From Bacteroidales bacterium UBA7569 (GTDB taxonomy: Bacteria; Bacteroidota; Bacteroidia; Bacteroidales; Paludibacteraceae): 64,000 nt of DNA. The stretch spans positions 45,316-109,315 of the forward strand of contig DLLF01000033.1 in assembly GCA_002477945.1 (NCBI GenBank), read 5' to 3'. The notes beneath the pieces were generated by a model that saw only the letters and a program-made list of their open reading frames with translations, made no database searches and was not told the DNA's origin. Below are positions 1-9,734 of this stretch, piece after piece; position 1 is the first letter of the stretch; each line of letters opens with the position of its first letter. Position numbers and translations under genes: made by a program.

Positions 1-1
1 G

Positions 2-307
2 TGCAATGCACTCATAAAGCAAAATAAAGCAATGTTGGTTGAAAATGGGCATGACATTCTGCAAACAATGCAGTGGGAGACTGCCAAATCACCTGCATCT
101 TTGCAGACGAAACTGTTCACGGACTTAAGTGATGAGGAAAATTCTTTGCTCAGTTTGCTCCATGAAAGTGCGGAGGGTCTGCATATCAATCTCTTGGTAA
201 TGGAAACCAAAATGCCTTACTCCAAGGTCGCATCCCTGTTGCTGCAAATGGAATTCCGCGGAATCGTTAAGTCTCTTCCGGGCGGCATCTATCGGGCATT
301 GGAATAA
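2..307 (+). CDS. dprA: DNA-processing protein DprA/Smf, C-terminal fragment (5' end upstream of window)
   Basis: Frame is open from base 2 (CNALIKQNKAMLVENGHDIL...) with stop TAA at 305-307. The tail ...LLQMEFRGIVKSLPGGIYRALE looks like the DprA C-terminal winged-helix ending. Confidence 0.75.
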   Translation, partial: CNALIKQNKAMLVENGHDILQTMQWETAKSPASLQTKLFTDLSDEENSLLSLLHESAEGLHINLLVMETKMPYSKVASLLLQMEFRGIVKSLPGGIYRALE

Positions 308-491
308 CCATCCGTCCAATCCTTTTACCCATTGTCGTCACTGTTAGATTCAAAATACTTGATATACTCATTTATCTTGATCTCATCTTGGTGCCATACC
401 TCTTTGGACAAATGGTAAACCATACTTTTTGTTCCGGATATTAGGAGTAGCCATATCTTTGTTCTGCAAGAAATGAAAGGTCGCTCGGTGT

Positions 492-546
492 TAGCCGACC
501 TCGAGCCGACCTGGACGACCCCTGAAGCACCCCTCGACGAAAGATG
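492..546 (+). repeat. 11-bp periodic array, copy 1
   Basis: Units: tagccgacctc|gagccgacctg|gacgacccctg|aagcacccctc|gacgaaagatg. Lies in the dprA-to-kinase gap. Confidence 0.85.
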
Positions 547-636
547 ATATGCTTTATTACGGCGGTGACCGTTTGACTTATATGGGTATCATCGCCGGAA
601 CAAGGTGCTTATATTGTAGAAATGGAAAATATATAG

Positions 637-644
637 TACCTTTG
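637..644 (+). promoter_or_regulatory. Bacteroidetes -7 box TACCTTTG (kinase gene)
   Basis: Matches TAnnTTTG, 21 nt before ATG 666. Confidence 0.4.
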
Positions 645-665
645 CAAGTATAAAATTTCACCGCT

Positions 666-2348
666 ATGCAAAACGATATTACTATTTTCTGTAAGAATAC
701 ACGGCAATATCACAACGTCCCTCGGGGAAGTTCGGTATTGGAAGTGTATAAAATGTTGGGTATCAAATTACCATATCCCGTAGCGGCTGCGCGAGTGAAT
801 TACAAAGTCGAAGATCTCAATTTTACGCTCTATCGCCCCAAAGATATAGAATTTATAGATGTCAGTTGCCCCAGTGGAATGAGATGTTATGTGCGTACGC
901 TGAGTATGGTGCTTAGTTGCGCAATACATGAGTTGTACCCTCGTGCCGACCTGCGGATAGAGCACCCGATATCCAAAGGATATTATTGCACGATCCAGTG
1001 GCGCAAAGACAGTGAGTCTCATCCCGCTCTCGGCAAGAAGATGATTGCCGATATCCGCCGGAAAATGCAGCAGATTGTGGAAGAAGATCGTCCTATCATT
1101 ACAGAGGAGCGGAGAACGCAGGATGTCATTGAGATGTTCCATGAACATACGGATGGCGAATCCAATCTCTTTGAAACCTTTGGTGAACCATATACCCGTT
1201 ATTTCCGCATGGGAGACTATATTGACTATTACAATGGTGTCTTGATGCCGAGCACGGGATACATCTCCCTCTTTGATTTGGAACCGTACTATGATGGTAT
1301 GTTGTTGCGCATCCCTAATCGGGAAAAACCTGTACGGTTGGAGGATAACACGCCACAAGAGAAAACCTTTGGTATTTTCAATGAGTATATTGGTTGGAAT
1401 CAGTTGATGCATATCAACAATGTAGCCGACTTCAACATTGCCTGCAAAAAGCACGAAGCCTTTGATATGATCAAGTTGTCAGAGGCTCTCCATGAGAAAA
1501 AAGTGGCTCAAATCGCAGATATGATTGCCAATAGAAAGGGAGGAAGACCAAAGTTTGTCTTGATTTCAGGACCTAGTTCTTCCGGTAAAACCACTTTCTC
1601 GAAACGGCTCACCATACAGTTGCGGCTCAATGGTATTACACCCGTCGTAATCAGTATGGACAACTATTTCGTGAATCGTGAGGATACGCCTCGCGACGAA
1701 AACGGCGAATGGGATTTTGAAGACATCAACGCTTTGGACTTGGACCTTTTCCGCAGCCAACTCTCCGATTTGTTGCAAGGAAAAGAAATAAGTCTCCCTA
1801 CGTTTAATTTCGAGGATGGCAAGCGGCATTACTTGGGAAACAAACTGAAAATGGAGCAGGATAATATCGTGATTTTGGAAGGTATTCATGCACTCAATCC
1901 GTCTCTCATACCCAATATCCCAAAGGAAGCCACGTTCAAGATATATGTATCGGCACTCACTACCATTAACTTGGATAACCACAACTGGATCCCCACTACC
2001 GATACGCGATTGTTGCGCCGCATTATCCGTGACTATCGTTACCGCAACTACTCCGCTCGGGAGACCATCGCACGTTGCAACAGTGTGAAGCGCGGAGAGG
2101 AAAAGTGGATATATCCCTATCAGGAGAATGCCGATGCGATGTTCAATTCTGCTCTTCTCTTCGAATTGGCAGTCTTGAAACGTCATGCGGAGCCTATCTT
2201 GGCGGAAGTGCCCAAACATTGTGAGGAATATACGGAGGCTCACCGTCTTCTTAAATTCCTGCAGTACTTTGTGAGCATACCCGAAAAGGAAATCCCGCCT
2301 ACGTCTCTGTTGCGCGAGTTCGTCGGAGGAAGTTCGTTCCGCTACTAA
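666..2348 (+). CDS. uridine/nucleoside kinase family protein with N-terminal ThrRS-like TGS + SAD-like region
   Basis: 560-aa ORF. Walker A GPSSSGKTT is followed by a PRK/uridine-kinase-like region (ILEGIHALNP, RRIIRDYRYR). The N-terminus resembles a TGS fold plus HELYP...GYYC of the ThrRS second additional domain. TAnnTTTG box at 637-644. Confidence 0.75.
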   Translation: MQNDITIFCKNTRQYHNVPRGSSVLEVYKMLGIKLPYPVAAARVNYKVEDLNFTLYRPKDIEFIDVSCPSGMRCYVRTLSMVLSCAIHELYPRADLRIEHPISKGYYCTIQWRKDSESHPALGKKMIADIRRKMQQIVEEDRPIITEERRTQDVIEMFHEHTDGESNLFETFGEPYTRYFRMGDYIDYYNGVLMPSTGYISLFDLEPYYDGMLLRIPNREKPVRLEDNTPQEKTFGIFNEYIGWNQLMHINNVADFNIACKKHEAFDMIKLSEALHEKKVAQIADMIANRKGGRPKFVLISGPSSSGKTTFSKRLTIQLRLNGITPVVISMDNYFVNREDTPRDENGEWDFEDINALDLDLFRSQLSDLLQGKEISLPTFNFEDGKRHYLGNKLKMEQDNIVILEGIHALNPSLIPNIPKEATFKIYVSALTTINLDNHNWIPTTDTRLLRRIIRDYRYRNYSARETIARCNSVKRGEEKWIYPYQENADAMFNSALLFELAVLKRHAEPILAEVPKHCEEYTEAHRLLKFLQYFVSIPEKEIPPTSLLREFVGGSSFRY

Positions 2349-2362
2349 AAATAGGATTGTTA

Positions 2363-2836
2363 ATGAAGCGTTTGTTCATATTTGGTTTGCTGTTGCAGGT
2401 ATCCCTGCTATTGTGTGCTACGGCTGATGAAACCGCTATGGATTCTATAGCATCTCAGCGCGCAAGCATTTTTGAAGCGATGGGCGAAGAGGTCGTAGTC
2501 ATTTCCGATCCTTCTATTGATCGTGTTCTGCTCGACAAAATCAATAATGTCCATCGTGAGCAGGTCGCTATACAAGGTTTCCGTGTGCAGGTCTTTTCGA
2601 GCAACCGTCAGAAAACGGCGAAGGCGGATGCCTATAAAGTGGAAAAGTTAGTCAAGGAATCCACAATTGAAGCCCCTGTTTATGTAATCTACAATCCTCC
2701 TTTCTTCAAAGTGCGGCTGGGCGATTTTCGCACGAAGGACGAAGCGCAGGCATTCTTGGAAGAGGTCGTACGTACATTGCCGCAATTGCAATCAGAGACC
2801 TATGTCGTACGCGACCAAATACAGGTTATACAATAA
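2363..2836 (+). CDS. SPOR domain-containing secreted protein
   Basis: Signal peptide MKRLFIFGLLLQVSLLLCATA. C-terminal GFRVQVFSS...VRLGDFRTKDEAQAF is SPOR-like. ATG 2363 preferred over TTG 2357. Confidence 0.75.
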   Translation: MKRLFIFGLLLQVSLLLCATADETAMDSIASQRASIFEAMGEEVVVISDPSIDRVLLDKINNVHREQVAIQGFRVQVFSSNRQKTAKADAYKVEKLVKESTIEAPVYVIYNPPFFKVRLGDFRTKDEAQAFLEEVVRTLPQLQSETYVVRDQIQVIQ

Positions 2837-2851
2837 AGAGACTACAGACCT

Positions 2852-3436
2852 ATGGATATGCAATCTTTTACTCCATCTTCGGAGAAGACCGGCGAAATAG
2901 CAAACTCTGTAAGGCAGATACTCTGCTTGTTGGGAGAAGACCCTGATAGAGAGGGACTCTTGAAAACGCCGCAACGGGTCGGGGAGGCTTACCAGTTTCT
3001 CTGCAAAGGATATTCGGAAGACGCAGTGGCGATTCTGCGTTCCGCTCTCTTTCGTGAAGACTCCGGTCAAATGGTATGTGTGAAAGACATTGAATTCTAT
3101 TCCCTGTGTGAGCACCATTTGTTGCCGTTCTTCGGGAAAGTGCATATAGCCTATATTCCGGATGGGACTATCACGGGACTGAGCAAATTGGCACGCGTTG
3201 TTGACGTGTACGCACACCGTTTGCAGGTGCAGGAACGTATGACGCACGAAATATTGGACAGTGTCAATACCGCATTATCACCTGTTGGGGCAATGGTCGT
3301 CGTAGAAGCGCGGCACCTTTGTATGCAGATGAGAGGCGTGCAAAAAACAGATGCCGTCACAACCACAATGCAGTATTCAGGTGCATTCAACCAACCCGAA
3401 TTGAGAGAAGAGTTTCTTCAGCAGATTCGGTTGTGA
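2852..3436 (+). CDS. folE: GTP cyclohydrolase I
   Basis: 194 aa with the family signature [18 protein letters not shown] plus ERMT and [14 protein letters not shown]. Confidence 0.95.
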   Translation: MDMQSFTPSSEKTGEIANSVRQILCLLGEDPDREGLLKTPQRVGEAYQFLCKGYSEDAVAILRSALFREDSGQMVCVKDIEFYSLCEHHLLPFFGKVHIAYIPDGTITGLSKLARVVDVYAHRLQVQERMTHEILDSVNTALSPVGAMVVVEARHLCMQMRGVQKTDAVTTTMQYSGAFNQPELREEFLQQIRL

Positions 3437-3450
3437 TCCTCACAATAGGT

Positions 3451-3473
3451 TCAGCGGTAAATAAACCGCTCAA
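3451..3473. terminator. weak shared hairpin between convergent folE and porZ
   Basis: ttcagcggt-aaataa-accgctcaa (8 of 9 bp). Confidence 0.3.
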
Positions 3474-3488
3474 CTTGTTCTTTGGCTA

Positions 3489-5780
3489 TTATTGTAAAAA
3501 GAGAATCTTGACCAAAGCGTATTCGTCTCCTGCTTCATTGTTGCAGTGGGCGTAGTAGATTCCGCTGCGGACTTTCTTGCCGTATGCATCATTTCCGTCC
3601 CATATAGCGATACCGCCGTTCGATAATGTGGTGCAAATGAGATTGCCTGCTGTATCTGTTATCTTGACGGTCGAATTGTCCGATAATTTCGCTATGGTAA
3701 TAACACCATCGAATCCGGGTCTTATGGGATTGGGATAAACGTATGCTTCGCTCAAATGGTTCATGCCTTTGGCTGCATCACTTTGATAGGACACCAACCC
3801 GCCGTCTGTTCCGATGAACACTTCGCCGTTTTCGTCATTCGTGGCAATCGCTATCACGTTATTGGATAGTAATGGGGAGTTTTCTGCGGTGAAATGCTCT
3901 ATTGTTTCTTTTCCGTCCGACGACATTAGATACAAACCCGAGGAGGCTGTGCCGATCCATTTCCTGTTTGCTCCGTCCACGGCAATGGCGTTGATACTTT
4001 CATCATTCAAGAGGTAGTCGGCAAGGTTTGTTCCGTCGTTCCTTCTTATCTTTATGCGTGTGCAGGCATTTGATGTGAAGAGGCTCTCCGGACTCTCAAA
4101 TGTCAGGATGCCGCTGTTTGTTCCAACCCAGAGAGCACCGGATTTGTCCTGGGCAATGGAGAGTATCAACTCTGGCGTGAGTTCATTCCCGTCTTGATCT
4201 ACAAAGGACGAATAGAATACCCCTTTGTCATCCTTGCTGTTGTCGATGGTTCCGTTATCATCAAATATACCTATTCCTGCTGCCGCTCGGGCACTGTTCA
4301 AGATCTTAACATTCGGGTTTTTATTCCAAATAAGCAGGTTTTTGCAACGGGCCAACTGGTCGGTGGCTGCATTTTCTATGGAATACCATTTTCCGGTGCT
4401 TGTTAGAACTTTTACTCCGTCTGCGGCTTTGTTGTACATCCAAAGGTTGTTGTTCCCGTCCACGGTCAACGCATCCACCCATGTATATTTCTCAGGAGAC
4501 TCTATCTGAGCAACCAATGGACTGTTCAGTTGGTTGTAACGGGCGTAAAATGCATTGTCCCTGAATTCTATCAAGCCATATCCGAACGAGGCAACGAAGA
4601 AATGGGATGGATCTCCGTTCAGGCAGATGACATCACTATAGTCCTCCGTATAGACACCTATCTTTTCTTGAAAGTACGTTTGCGGGAAGTTTGTCCATTC
4701 GCCGGAGTCATAGATCGCTACACTGCCGCTCCTGTTATAATATACGGTCAGATAACCGCCAGGGACAATAAATACTCTGTCTTCTTTTACTCGGATCCGA
4801 TATGCGCTATTACTTACCGGACCGGAAGGGATATAATGGTTTACACTCATATCCTTTGTGTCATATTTCCCTATACCGGCAGCGTGATAAGCAAACCAAT
4901 ATGTTCTGTTCAAAGCATCATATGCCACATCCGCCGCACCGATAAAAACAGAAAGAGGAGATGCCGTCATGTCATCATTTATTTCATATACAGATTGGCT
5001 CGTTAGTGCATACAATCTGTCTCCATAGGTTTTGATGCTTTCTATTTTATCTACTGCATTATATGTAATCCATTGATTTTGCTCTCTTGTGTAAAGTTTA
5101 CCGCCTCTCAAAACGCATAGTTGGTTGTTGAAAACCGTAATTTGTGTGATGTCTCCATTTCCGGGCATTCCTTTCCGCGCATTCCAATAAGCATAATCCA
5201 CCAAATTGTCCTGCAATCCTGCTGTGTAGATCGCATCGGAAGATGCAGCATAGATAGAGTCCCCTGCGATACAAATGGAACACACCTTCACTTTGGAGGC
5301 TTTGTTTCCGATATAGTATGTATCTTGTATTTCTTTTTGTCTCAAGTTTAATACCAGTACACCGAAATCCATAGATATATATGCTCTGTCCTTGTGCAGA
5401 TAAATGGAATTAGCCCTCTTGCTCATGTTGATTTGCGCATTGTATAAATCTGGTATGTTGTAAACGGAATTGTCATCATAGAGTATGTCTATGTTTCCGT
5501 CAGCATACATGAGTAAGAGCCCGTGTATATCTTCCGAATAACGCATTTGAGTGATGTTAAAATCATTCAAGCCCATCAGTTTGTCGCAACGCACTATAAC
5601 TTCAGTCTCTTTGTCTGTGTAATATAATGCACCTTCACTCAGGGCATACACGCGTTTTTCATTCTGTTCAATCAAAGTCACATCATTGTAGGCATAATGA
5701 ATGCGCCATCCATGCATTTCCGTTTGCGACCAAACCTGTGGACAAAGGAACAGCAAAACAACAAACAAATATCTTTTCAT
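3489..5780 (-). CDS. porZ: PorZ-like T9SS protein (beta-propeller regions with Reg_prop-type repeats plus C-terminal sorting domain)
   Basis: About 763 aa counted from MKRYLFVVLLFLCPQVWSQ. Repeated motifs ALWVGTNSGILTF, RKWIGTASSGLYLMS and EVFIGTDGGLVSY. C-terminal VYPNPIRPG...GIYYAH...VKILFLQ resembles a T9SS CTD. Its ATG overlaps the rdgB stop (ATGA). Confidence 0.55.
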   Translation of the reverse strand: MKRYLFVVLLFLCPQVWSQTEMHGWRIHYAYNDVTLIEQNEKRVYALSEGALYYTDKETEVIVRCDKLMGLNDFNITQMRYSEDIHGLLLMYADGNIDILYDDNSVYNIPDLYNAQINMSKRANSIYLHKDRAYISMDFGVLVLNLRQKEIQDTYYIGNKASKVKVCSICIAGDSIYAASSDAIYTAGLQDNLVDYAYWNARKGMPGNGDITQITVFNNQLCVLRGGKLYTREQNQWITYNAVDKIESIKTYGDRLYALTSQSVYEINDDMTASPLSVFIGAADVAYDALNRTYWFAYHAAGIGKYDTKDMSVNHYIPSGPVSNSAYRIRVKEDRVFIVPGGYLTVYYNRSGSVAIYDSGEWTNFPQTYFQEKIGVYTEDYSDVICLNGDPSHFFVASFGYGLIEFRDNAFYARYNQLNSPLVAQIESPEKYTWVDALTVDGNNNLWMYNKAADGVKVLTSTGKWYSIENAATDQLARCKNLLIWNKNPNVKILNSARAAAGIGIFDDNGTIDNSKDDKGVFYSSFVDQDGNELTPELILSIAQDKSGALWVGTNSGILTFESPESLFTSNACTRIKIRRNDGTNLADYLLNDESINAIAVDGANRKWIGTASSGLYLMSSDGKETIEHFTAENSPLLSNNVIAIATNDENGEVFIGTDGGLVSYQSDAAKGMNHLSEAYVYPNPIRPGFDGVITIAKLSDNSTVKITDTAGNLICTTLSNGGIAIWDGNDAYGKKVRSGIYYAHCNNEAGDEYALVKILFLQ

Positions 5781-6358
5781 AAGCAGTGATGATTGATATA
5801 TTCCCATAATGCAGCGATTGCCTTGCTGCGGTGACTTATATGGTTCTTTTCGGTATGCCCCAATTGAGCAAATGTCTGAGTGTATCCTTTTGGGATGAAT
5901 ATCGAATCATATCCAAAGCCCTGTTCTCCGTATTCTTGAGTGCTTATACTCCCTTCCGCAATCCCTTCAAATTGATGTACTTCGCCTTTTATGATCAATG
6001 TGATAACTGTTCTGAACCGTGCCACTCTGTTTGGGCAATCTTTCAACTCTTGTAACAACTTCTTCCTGTTTTGTTCGGGATTGCTTGGCTCTCCTGCATA
6101 TCGTGCCGAATATACACCGGGAGCGCCGCCTAAGGCGTCCACCTCCAGACCTGTGTCGTCTGAAAAGCAGTCTATACAGCATTGATCGTAAATGTAGCGT
6201 GCTTTCTGTAATGAATTACCCTCTATCGTGGGTGATGTCTCAGGTATCTCTGCTGTACAATTGATATCTTCCAAACTTAAAACTTCCACTTTCCCCGAGA
6301 ATATCTCACGGACTTCTTCCAGTTTCTGGGCGTTGTTGGTGGCAAATACTAACTTCAT
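5777..6358 (-). CDS. rdgB: non-canonical purine NTP (dITP/XTP) pyrophosphatase
   Basis: 193 aa with KLVFATNNAQKLEEV, DDTGLEVDALGGAPGVYSARY, FGYDSIF and SHR motifs of the RdgB/HAM1 family. Confidence 0.9.
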   Translation of the reverse strand: MKLVFATNNAQKLEEVREIFSGKVEVLSLEDINCTAEIPETSPTIEGNSLQKARYIYDQCCIDCFSDDTGLEVDALGGAPGVYSARYAGEPSNPEQNRKKLLQELKDCPNRVARFRTVITLIIKGEVHQFEGIAEGSISTQEYGEQGFGYDSIFIPKGYTQTFAQLGHTEKNHISHRSKAIAALWEYINHHCL

Positions 6359-6365
6359 ACGACTG

Positions 6366-6373
6366 CAAAGATA
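6366..6373 (-). promoter_or_regulatory. possible -7 box TATCTTTG (rdgB-porZ)
   Basis: Matches TAnnTTTG on the minus strand but lies only 7 nt from the rdgB ATG, which would imply a near-leaderless mRNA. Confidence 0.3.
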
Positions 6374-6399
6374 CTACTAATTATGTACTTTCAGAATAA

Positions 6400-6443
6400 A
6401 TATATCAAAAAACTGTTCCCCGCTGTTCTCTTTTTTGATATAT
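6400..6443. promoter_or_regulatory. AT-rich 13-bp inverted repeat enclosing a CTGTTC direct repeat (candidate operator)
   Basis: atatatcaaaaaa-ctgttccccgctgttctc-ttttttgatatat, in the divergent rdgB/uxaB control region. The function is inferred only. Confidence 0.3.
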
Positions 6444-6552
6444 AATGCGGATTGACAGTGCATTGTTTCTAATATATACAAATTTATAGAAGCCCCTTAA
6501 ATAATTCCACAAAAAATGTCAGTTTATGTGTGCAGCCTTGTTGGTTTAGCAG

Positions 6553-6560
6553 TACTTTTG
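6553..6560 (+). promoter_or_regulatory. -7 box TACTTTTG (uxaBA)
   Basis: Matches TAnnTTTG, 70 nt before ATG 6631. No well-spaced -33 TTTG. Confidence 0.4.
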
Positions 6561-6630
6561 TATCGCTTGTAAGGTTCACTCTTTGTTGTGGACAAATGGC
6601 GAATGTCTGTAACGTAAAAAAACAACTAAC

Positions 6631-8109
6631 ATGAAAGCATTAAACAAACTTACAGCTCCTAAGAGTGTTGCTCCGGAGCGAATTATCCAATTTGGTGAAG
6701 GTAATTTCTTGCGTGCATTTGTTGATTGGATTATCTATAACACAAACCAATGCACCGATTTCAATGCAAGTGTGGTCGTTGTACAACCGATTGACAAAGG
6801 AATGGTTGATTGGCTCAATGGGCAGGATTGCATGTATCATGTGAACTTGCAAGGAAGACTCAATGGTAAGGCTGTCAACACGATGACTCGAATTGATTGT
6901 ATTTCCAGGGCACTTAATCCTTATTCTCAAAATGCCGCTTTTATGGCGTTGGCAGACCAGCCGGAGATACGCTTTGTTATTTCCAATACCACGGAGGCAG
7001 GTATTGCTTTCGATCCAGAATGTAAATTCTCTGATGCACCTGCGTCTTCTTACCCAGGCAAACTAACCCAACTCCTCTATCGTCGGTTCAAAACTTTCAA
7101 TGGTGCACCCGACAAAGGTCTTATCATTATGCCCTGCGAATTGATTTTCCTCAACGGACATCATCTCAAAGATTGCATACATAAGTATATCGAACTCTGG
7201 AAAGATGATTTTGGAGCCGATTATGAGACATTCAAAAAGTGGTTCACCGACTATAACTACGTTTGTGCCACTTTGGTGGATCGTATCGTTCCGGGCTTCC
7301 CGCGTAAGGAAATCAAGCAGATACAGGAGAGAATATGCTATGCGGACAATCTTGTGGTGCAAGCGGAGATTTTCCATTTGTGGGTAATAGAAACTGCTGA
7401 GAATTTGCCGCTTGAACAATTGGCAAAAGAATTCCCTGCCGATAAAGCAGGTTTGAATGTCCTTTTCGTAAAGTCGGAGGCTCCTTATCACGAACGAAAG
7501 GTTACGTTGCTCAACGGGCCTCACACAGTATTGTCCCCCGTGGCATATCTTTCAGGGGTGGATATCGTTCGTGATGCTTGCAACCATCCTGTTATCGGAC
7601 GGTATATCCACAAAGTGCAGTTCGATGAACTTATGCAGACCCTCAATCTTCCGATGGACGAACTGAAGCAGTTTGCCGCCGATGTATTGGAGCGGTTCAA
7701 TAACCCGTATGTTGACCATCAAGTAACGTCAATTATGCTTAATTCTTTCCCGAAGTTCCAAACACGCGATTTGCCGGGGCTGAAAACGTACTTGCAACGC
7801 AAAGGAGAATTGCCTAAAGGACTTGTTTTGGGACTCGCTGCGATTATTACCTACTATAAAGGCGGCGTGAGAGAAGATGGTGCACCTATACAACCAAATG
7901 ACGATCCGCAGATAATGGAACTCCTGAAGAACTTGTGGGCTACCGCAGATTACCACAAGATCGCCGAAGGGGTGTTGGCTGCCAAAGACTTGATCTGGAC
8001 CGAACACGGAGATCTCAATCAAATACCCGGACTCACGGCTATGGTGGAGCAATTCCTTCGCGATATCCAAGAGAAAGGTATGCTCGAAACGGTTAAATCT
8101 ATTTTGTAA
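6631..8109 (+). CDS. uxaB: tagaturonate reductase (altronate oxidoreductase)
   Basis: 492 aa. Mannitol-dehydrogenase-family N-terminus ERIIQFGEGNFLRAFVDW. Sits immediately upstream of uxaA. Confidence 0.85.
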   Translation: MKALNKLTAPKSVAPERIIQFGEGNFLRAFVDWIIYNTNQCTDFNASVVVVQPIDKGMVDWLNGQDCMYHVNLQGRLNGKAVNTMTRIDCISRALNPYSQNAAFMALADQPEIRFVISNTTEAGIAFDPECKFSDAPASSYPGKLTQLLYRRFKTFNGAPDKGLIIMPCELIFLNGHHLKDCIHKYIELWKDDFGADYETFKKWFTDYNYVCATLVDRIVPGFPRKEIKQIQERICYADNLVVQAEIFHLWVIETAENLPLEQLAKEFPADKAGLNVLFVKSEAPYHERKVTLLNGPHTVLSPVAYLSGVDIVRDACNHPVIGRYIHKVQFDELMQTLNLPMDELKQFAADVLERFNNPYVDHQVTSIMLNSFPKFQTRDLPGLKTYLQRKGELPKGLVLGLAAIITYYKGGVREDGAPIQPNDDPQIMELLKNLWATADYHKIAEGVLAAKDLIWTEHGDLNQIPGLTAMVEQFLRDIQEKGMLETVKSIL

Positions 8110-8163
8110 TAATTTGTAGCAACAGGGAGAGGAATACTTTCCCTGTTGCCTTATTCTTTTTCT

Positions 8164-9657
8164 ATGATACCTGTTTTTCGCATCAATCCTGCCGATAATG
8201 TGGCTGTTGCCATCATTCCACAAACTGCAGGTTCCGTTGTTTCTATAGACGGACTTTGCATTACTTTGCGCCAAGATATTCCTGCGGGGCACAAAATTGC
8301 CTTGAAAAATCTCTCTGAGGGAGAAAATGTAATCAAATATGGGTATCCCATTGGGCATACACGTTGCCGGATTCTTGCAGGAGAGTGGGTGAACGAGCAT
8401 AATATCCAAACCAATTTGGCGGGGCTGCTCAACTATGAATATCACCCCGTCAAGTTCGAACACGTAGAACCACCTGCAAAACAACTTACATTCAGGGGAT
8501 TCCGGCGTCCTGATGGGCAAGTGGGTATTCGTAATGAAGTCTGGATTATTCCTACGGTGGGTTGTGTGAATGGTATTGTTTCGCAACTGGCGGAACGTCT
8601 GCGCCAAGAAACAAAGTGCCAGGGCGTGGATGCCATCGTCGCTTTTCCTCATAACTATGGTTGTTCCCAATTAGGTGGCGACCATGAGAATACCAAAAAG
8701 ATATTGCGTGATATGGTACTTCATCCCAATGCGGGTGCAGTGCTGGTTGTGGGGTTGGGATGTGAGAACAATCAGCCGGACGTCTTCCGTGAATTTTGTG
8801 GGGATTATAATACGGATCGTGTACGCTTTGTGGTGGCGCAGAAAATCCAAGGAGATGAGATTGAGTATTGTATGCCGATCTTGAGAGAATTATATCAAAA
8901 GGCAACGCAAGACAGGAAAGAAGATATTCCTCTGGCAGAACTGAAAGTAGGACTTAAGTGCGGCGGTTCCGATGGGTTTTCGGGAATAACGGCGAATCCG
9001 TTGTTGGGTATGTTCTCCGATTTCTTGGTGGAACAAGGAGGTACTACGGTGCTTACCGAAGTCCCGGAAATGTTTGGGGCGGAAACTATTTTGATGAATC
9101 GTTGTCGTACCAGGGAATTGTTCGACAAAACGGTAAGCCTTATCAATGATTTCAAGGAGTATTTCCTTTTTCATGGCGAACCTGTCGGCGAAAATCCTTC
9201 TCCGGGTAACAAGGCGGGAGGTATATCTACCCTCGAGGAAAAAGCATTGGGATGTACGCAGAAATGTGGAAAAGCACCTGTGTCGGGAGTCTTGTCTTAT
9301 GGCGAGAGACTGAATACAAAAGGACTGAATCTTCTGTCTGCACCGGGTAATGACCTCGTGGCGGCTTCTGCACTTGCGGCTTCCGGCTGCCATCTCGTAT
9401 TGTTTACTACGGGAAGAGGCACTCCGTTCGGTACTTTCGTACCAACGGTGAAGGTATCCACTAATTCTGCTTTGGCGGGTAATAAGCCAGCATGGATTGA
9501 CTTCAATGCAGGCACAATGGTTGAAGATGAACCTGTTGAGCAAGTCTTTGAACGCTTCGTGGACTATGTCATCAAGGTGGCAAGCGGAGAATATACCAAT
9601 AATGAACGTAAATCTTACCATGAAATTGCAATCTTCAAAAATGGAGTAACCTTGTAG
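8164..9657 (+). CDS. uxaA: altronate dehydratase (UxaA family)
   Basis: About 497 aa from ATG 8164 (the track ORF starts at TTG 8146). SAF-like N-terminus (NPADNVAVA...GHKIALKNL) and a UxaA-type C-terminal domain. Strong terminator follows. Confidence 0.88.
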   Translation: MIPVFRINPADNVAVAIIPQTAGSVVSIDGLCITLRQDIPAGHKIALKNLSEGENVIKYGYPIGHTRCRILAGEWVNEHNIQTNLAGLLNYEYHPVKFEHVEPPAKQLTFRGFRRPDGQVGIRNEVWIIPTVGCVNGIVSQLAERLRQETKCQGVDAIVAFPHNYGCSQLGGDHENTKKILRDMVLHPNAGAVLVVGLGCENNQPDVFREFCGDYNTDRVRFVVAQKIQGDEIEYCMPILRELYQKATQDRKEDIPLAELKVGLKCGGSDGFSGITANPLLGMFSDFLVEQGGTTVLTEVPEMFGAETILMNRCRTRELFDKTVSLINDFKEYFLFHGEPVGENPSPGNKAGGISTLEEKALGCTQKCGKAPVSGVLSYGERLNTKGLNLLSAPGNDLVAASALAASGCHLVLFTTGRGTPFGTFVPTVKVSTNSALAGNKPAWIDFNAGTMVEDEPVEQVFERFVDYVIKVASGEYTNNERKSYHEIAIFKNGVTL

Positions 9658-9695
9658 TTCCATAATCATAATTGATGTTATCTGTTGTTTGTGTC

Positions 9696-9734
9696 TCCCC
9701 TTGTAAGGACTGTCTTACAAGGGGATTTTATTTT
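9696..9734 (+). terminator. intrinsic terminator of uxaBA
   Basis: 12-bp stem tccccttgtaag/cttacaagggga, loop gactgt, then ttttatttt. Confidence 0.85.

Noticed and set aside
383-454. 23-aa minus-strand ORF (MATPNIRNKKYGLPFVQRGMAPR) plus an adjacent out-of-frame open stretch, considered as a decayed gene or mobile-element remnant next to array copy 1
   Set aside because: It is too short and matches no family I recognise. There is no second copy next to the other arrays, so there is no support for a pseudogene call.
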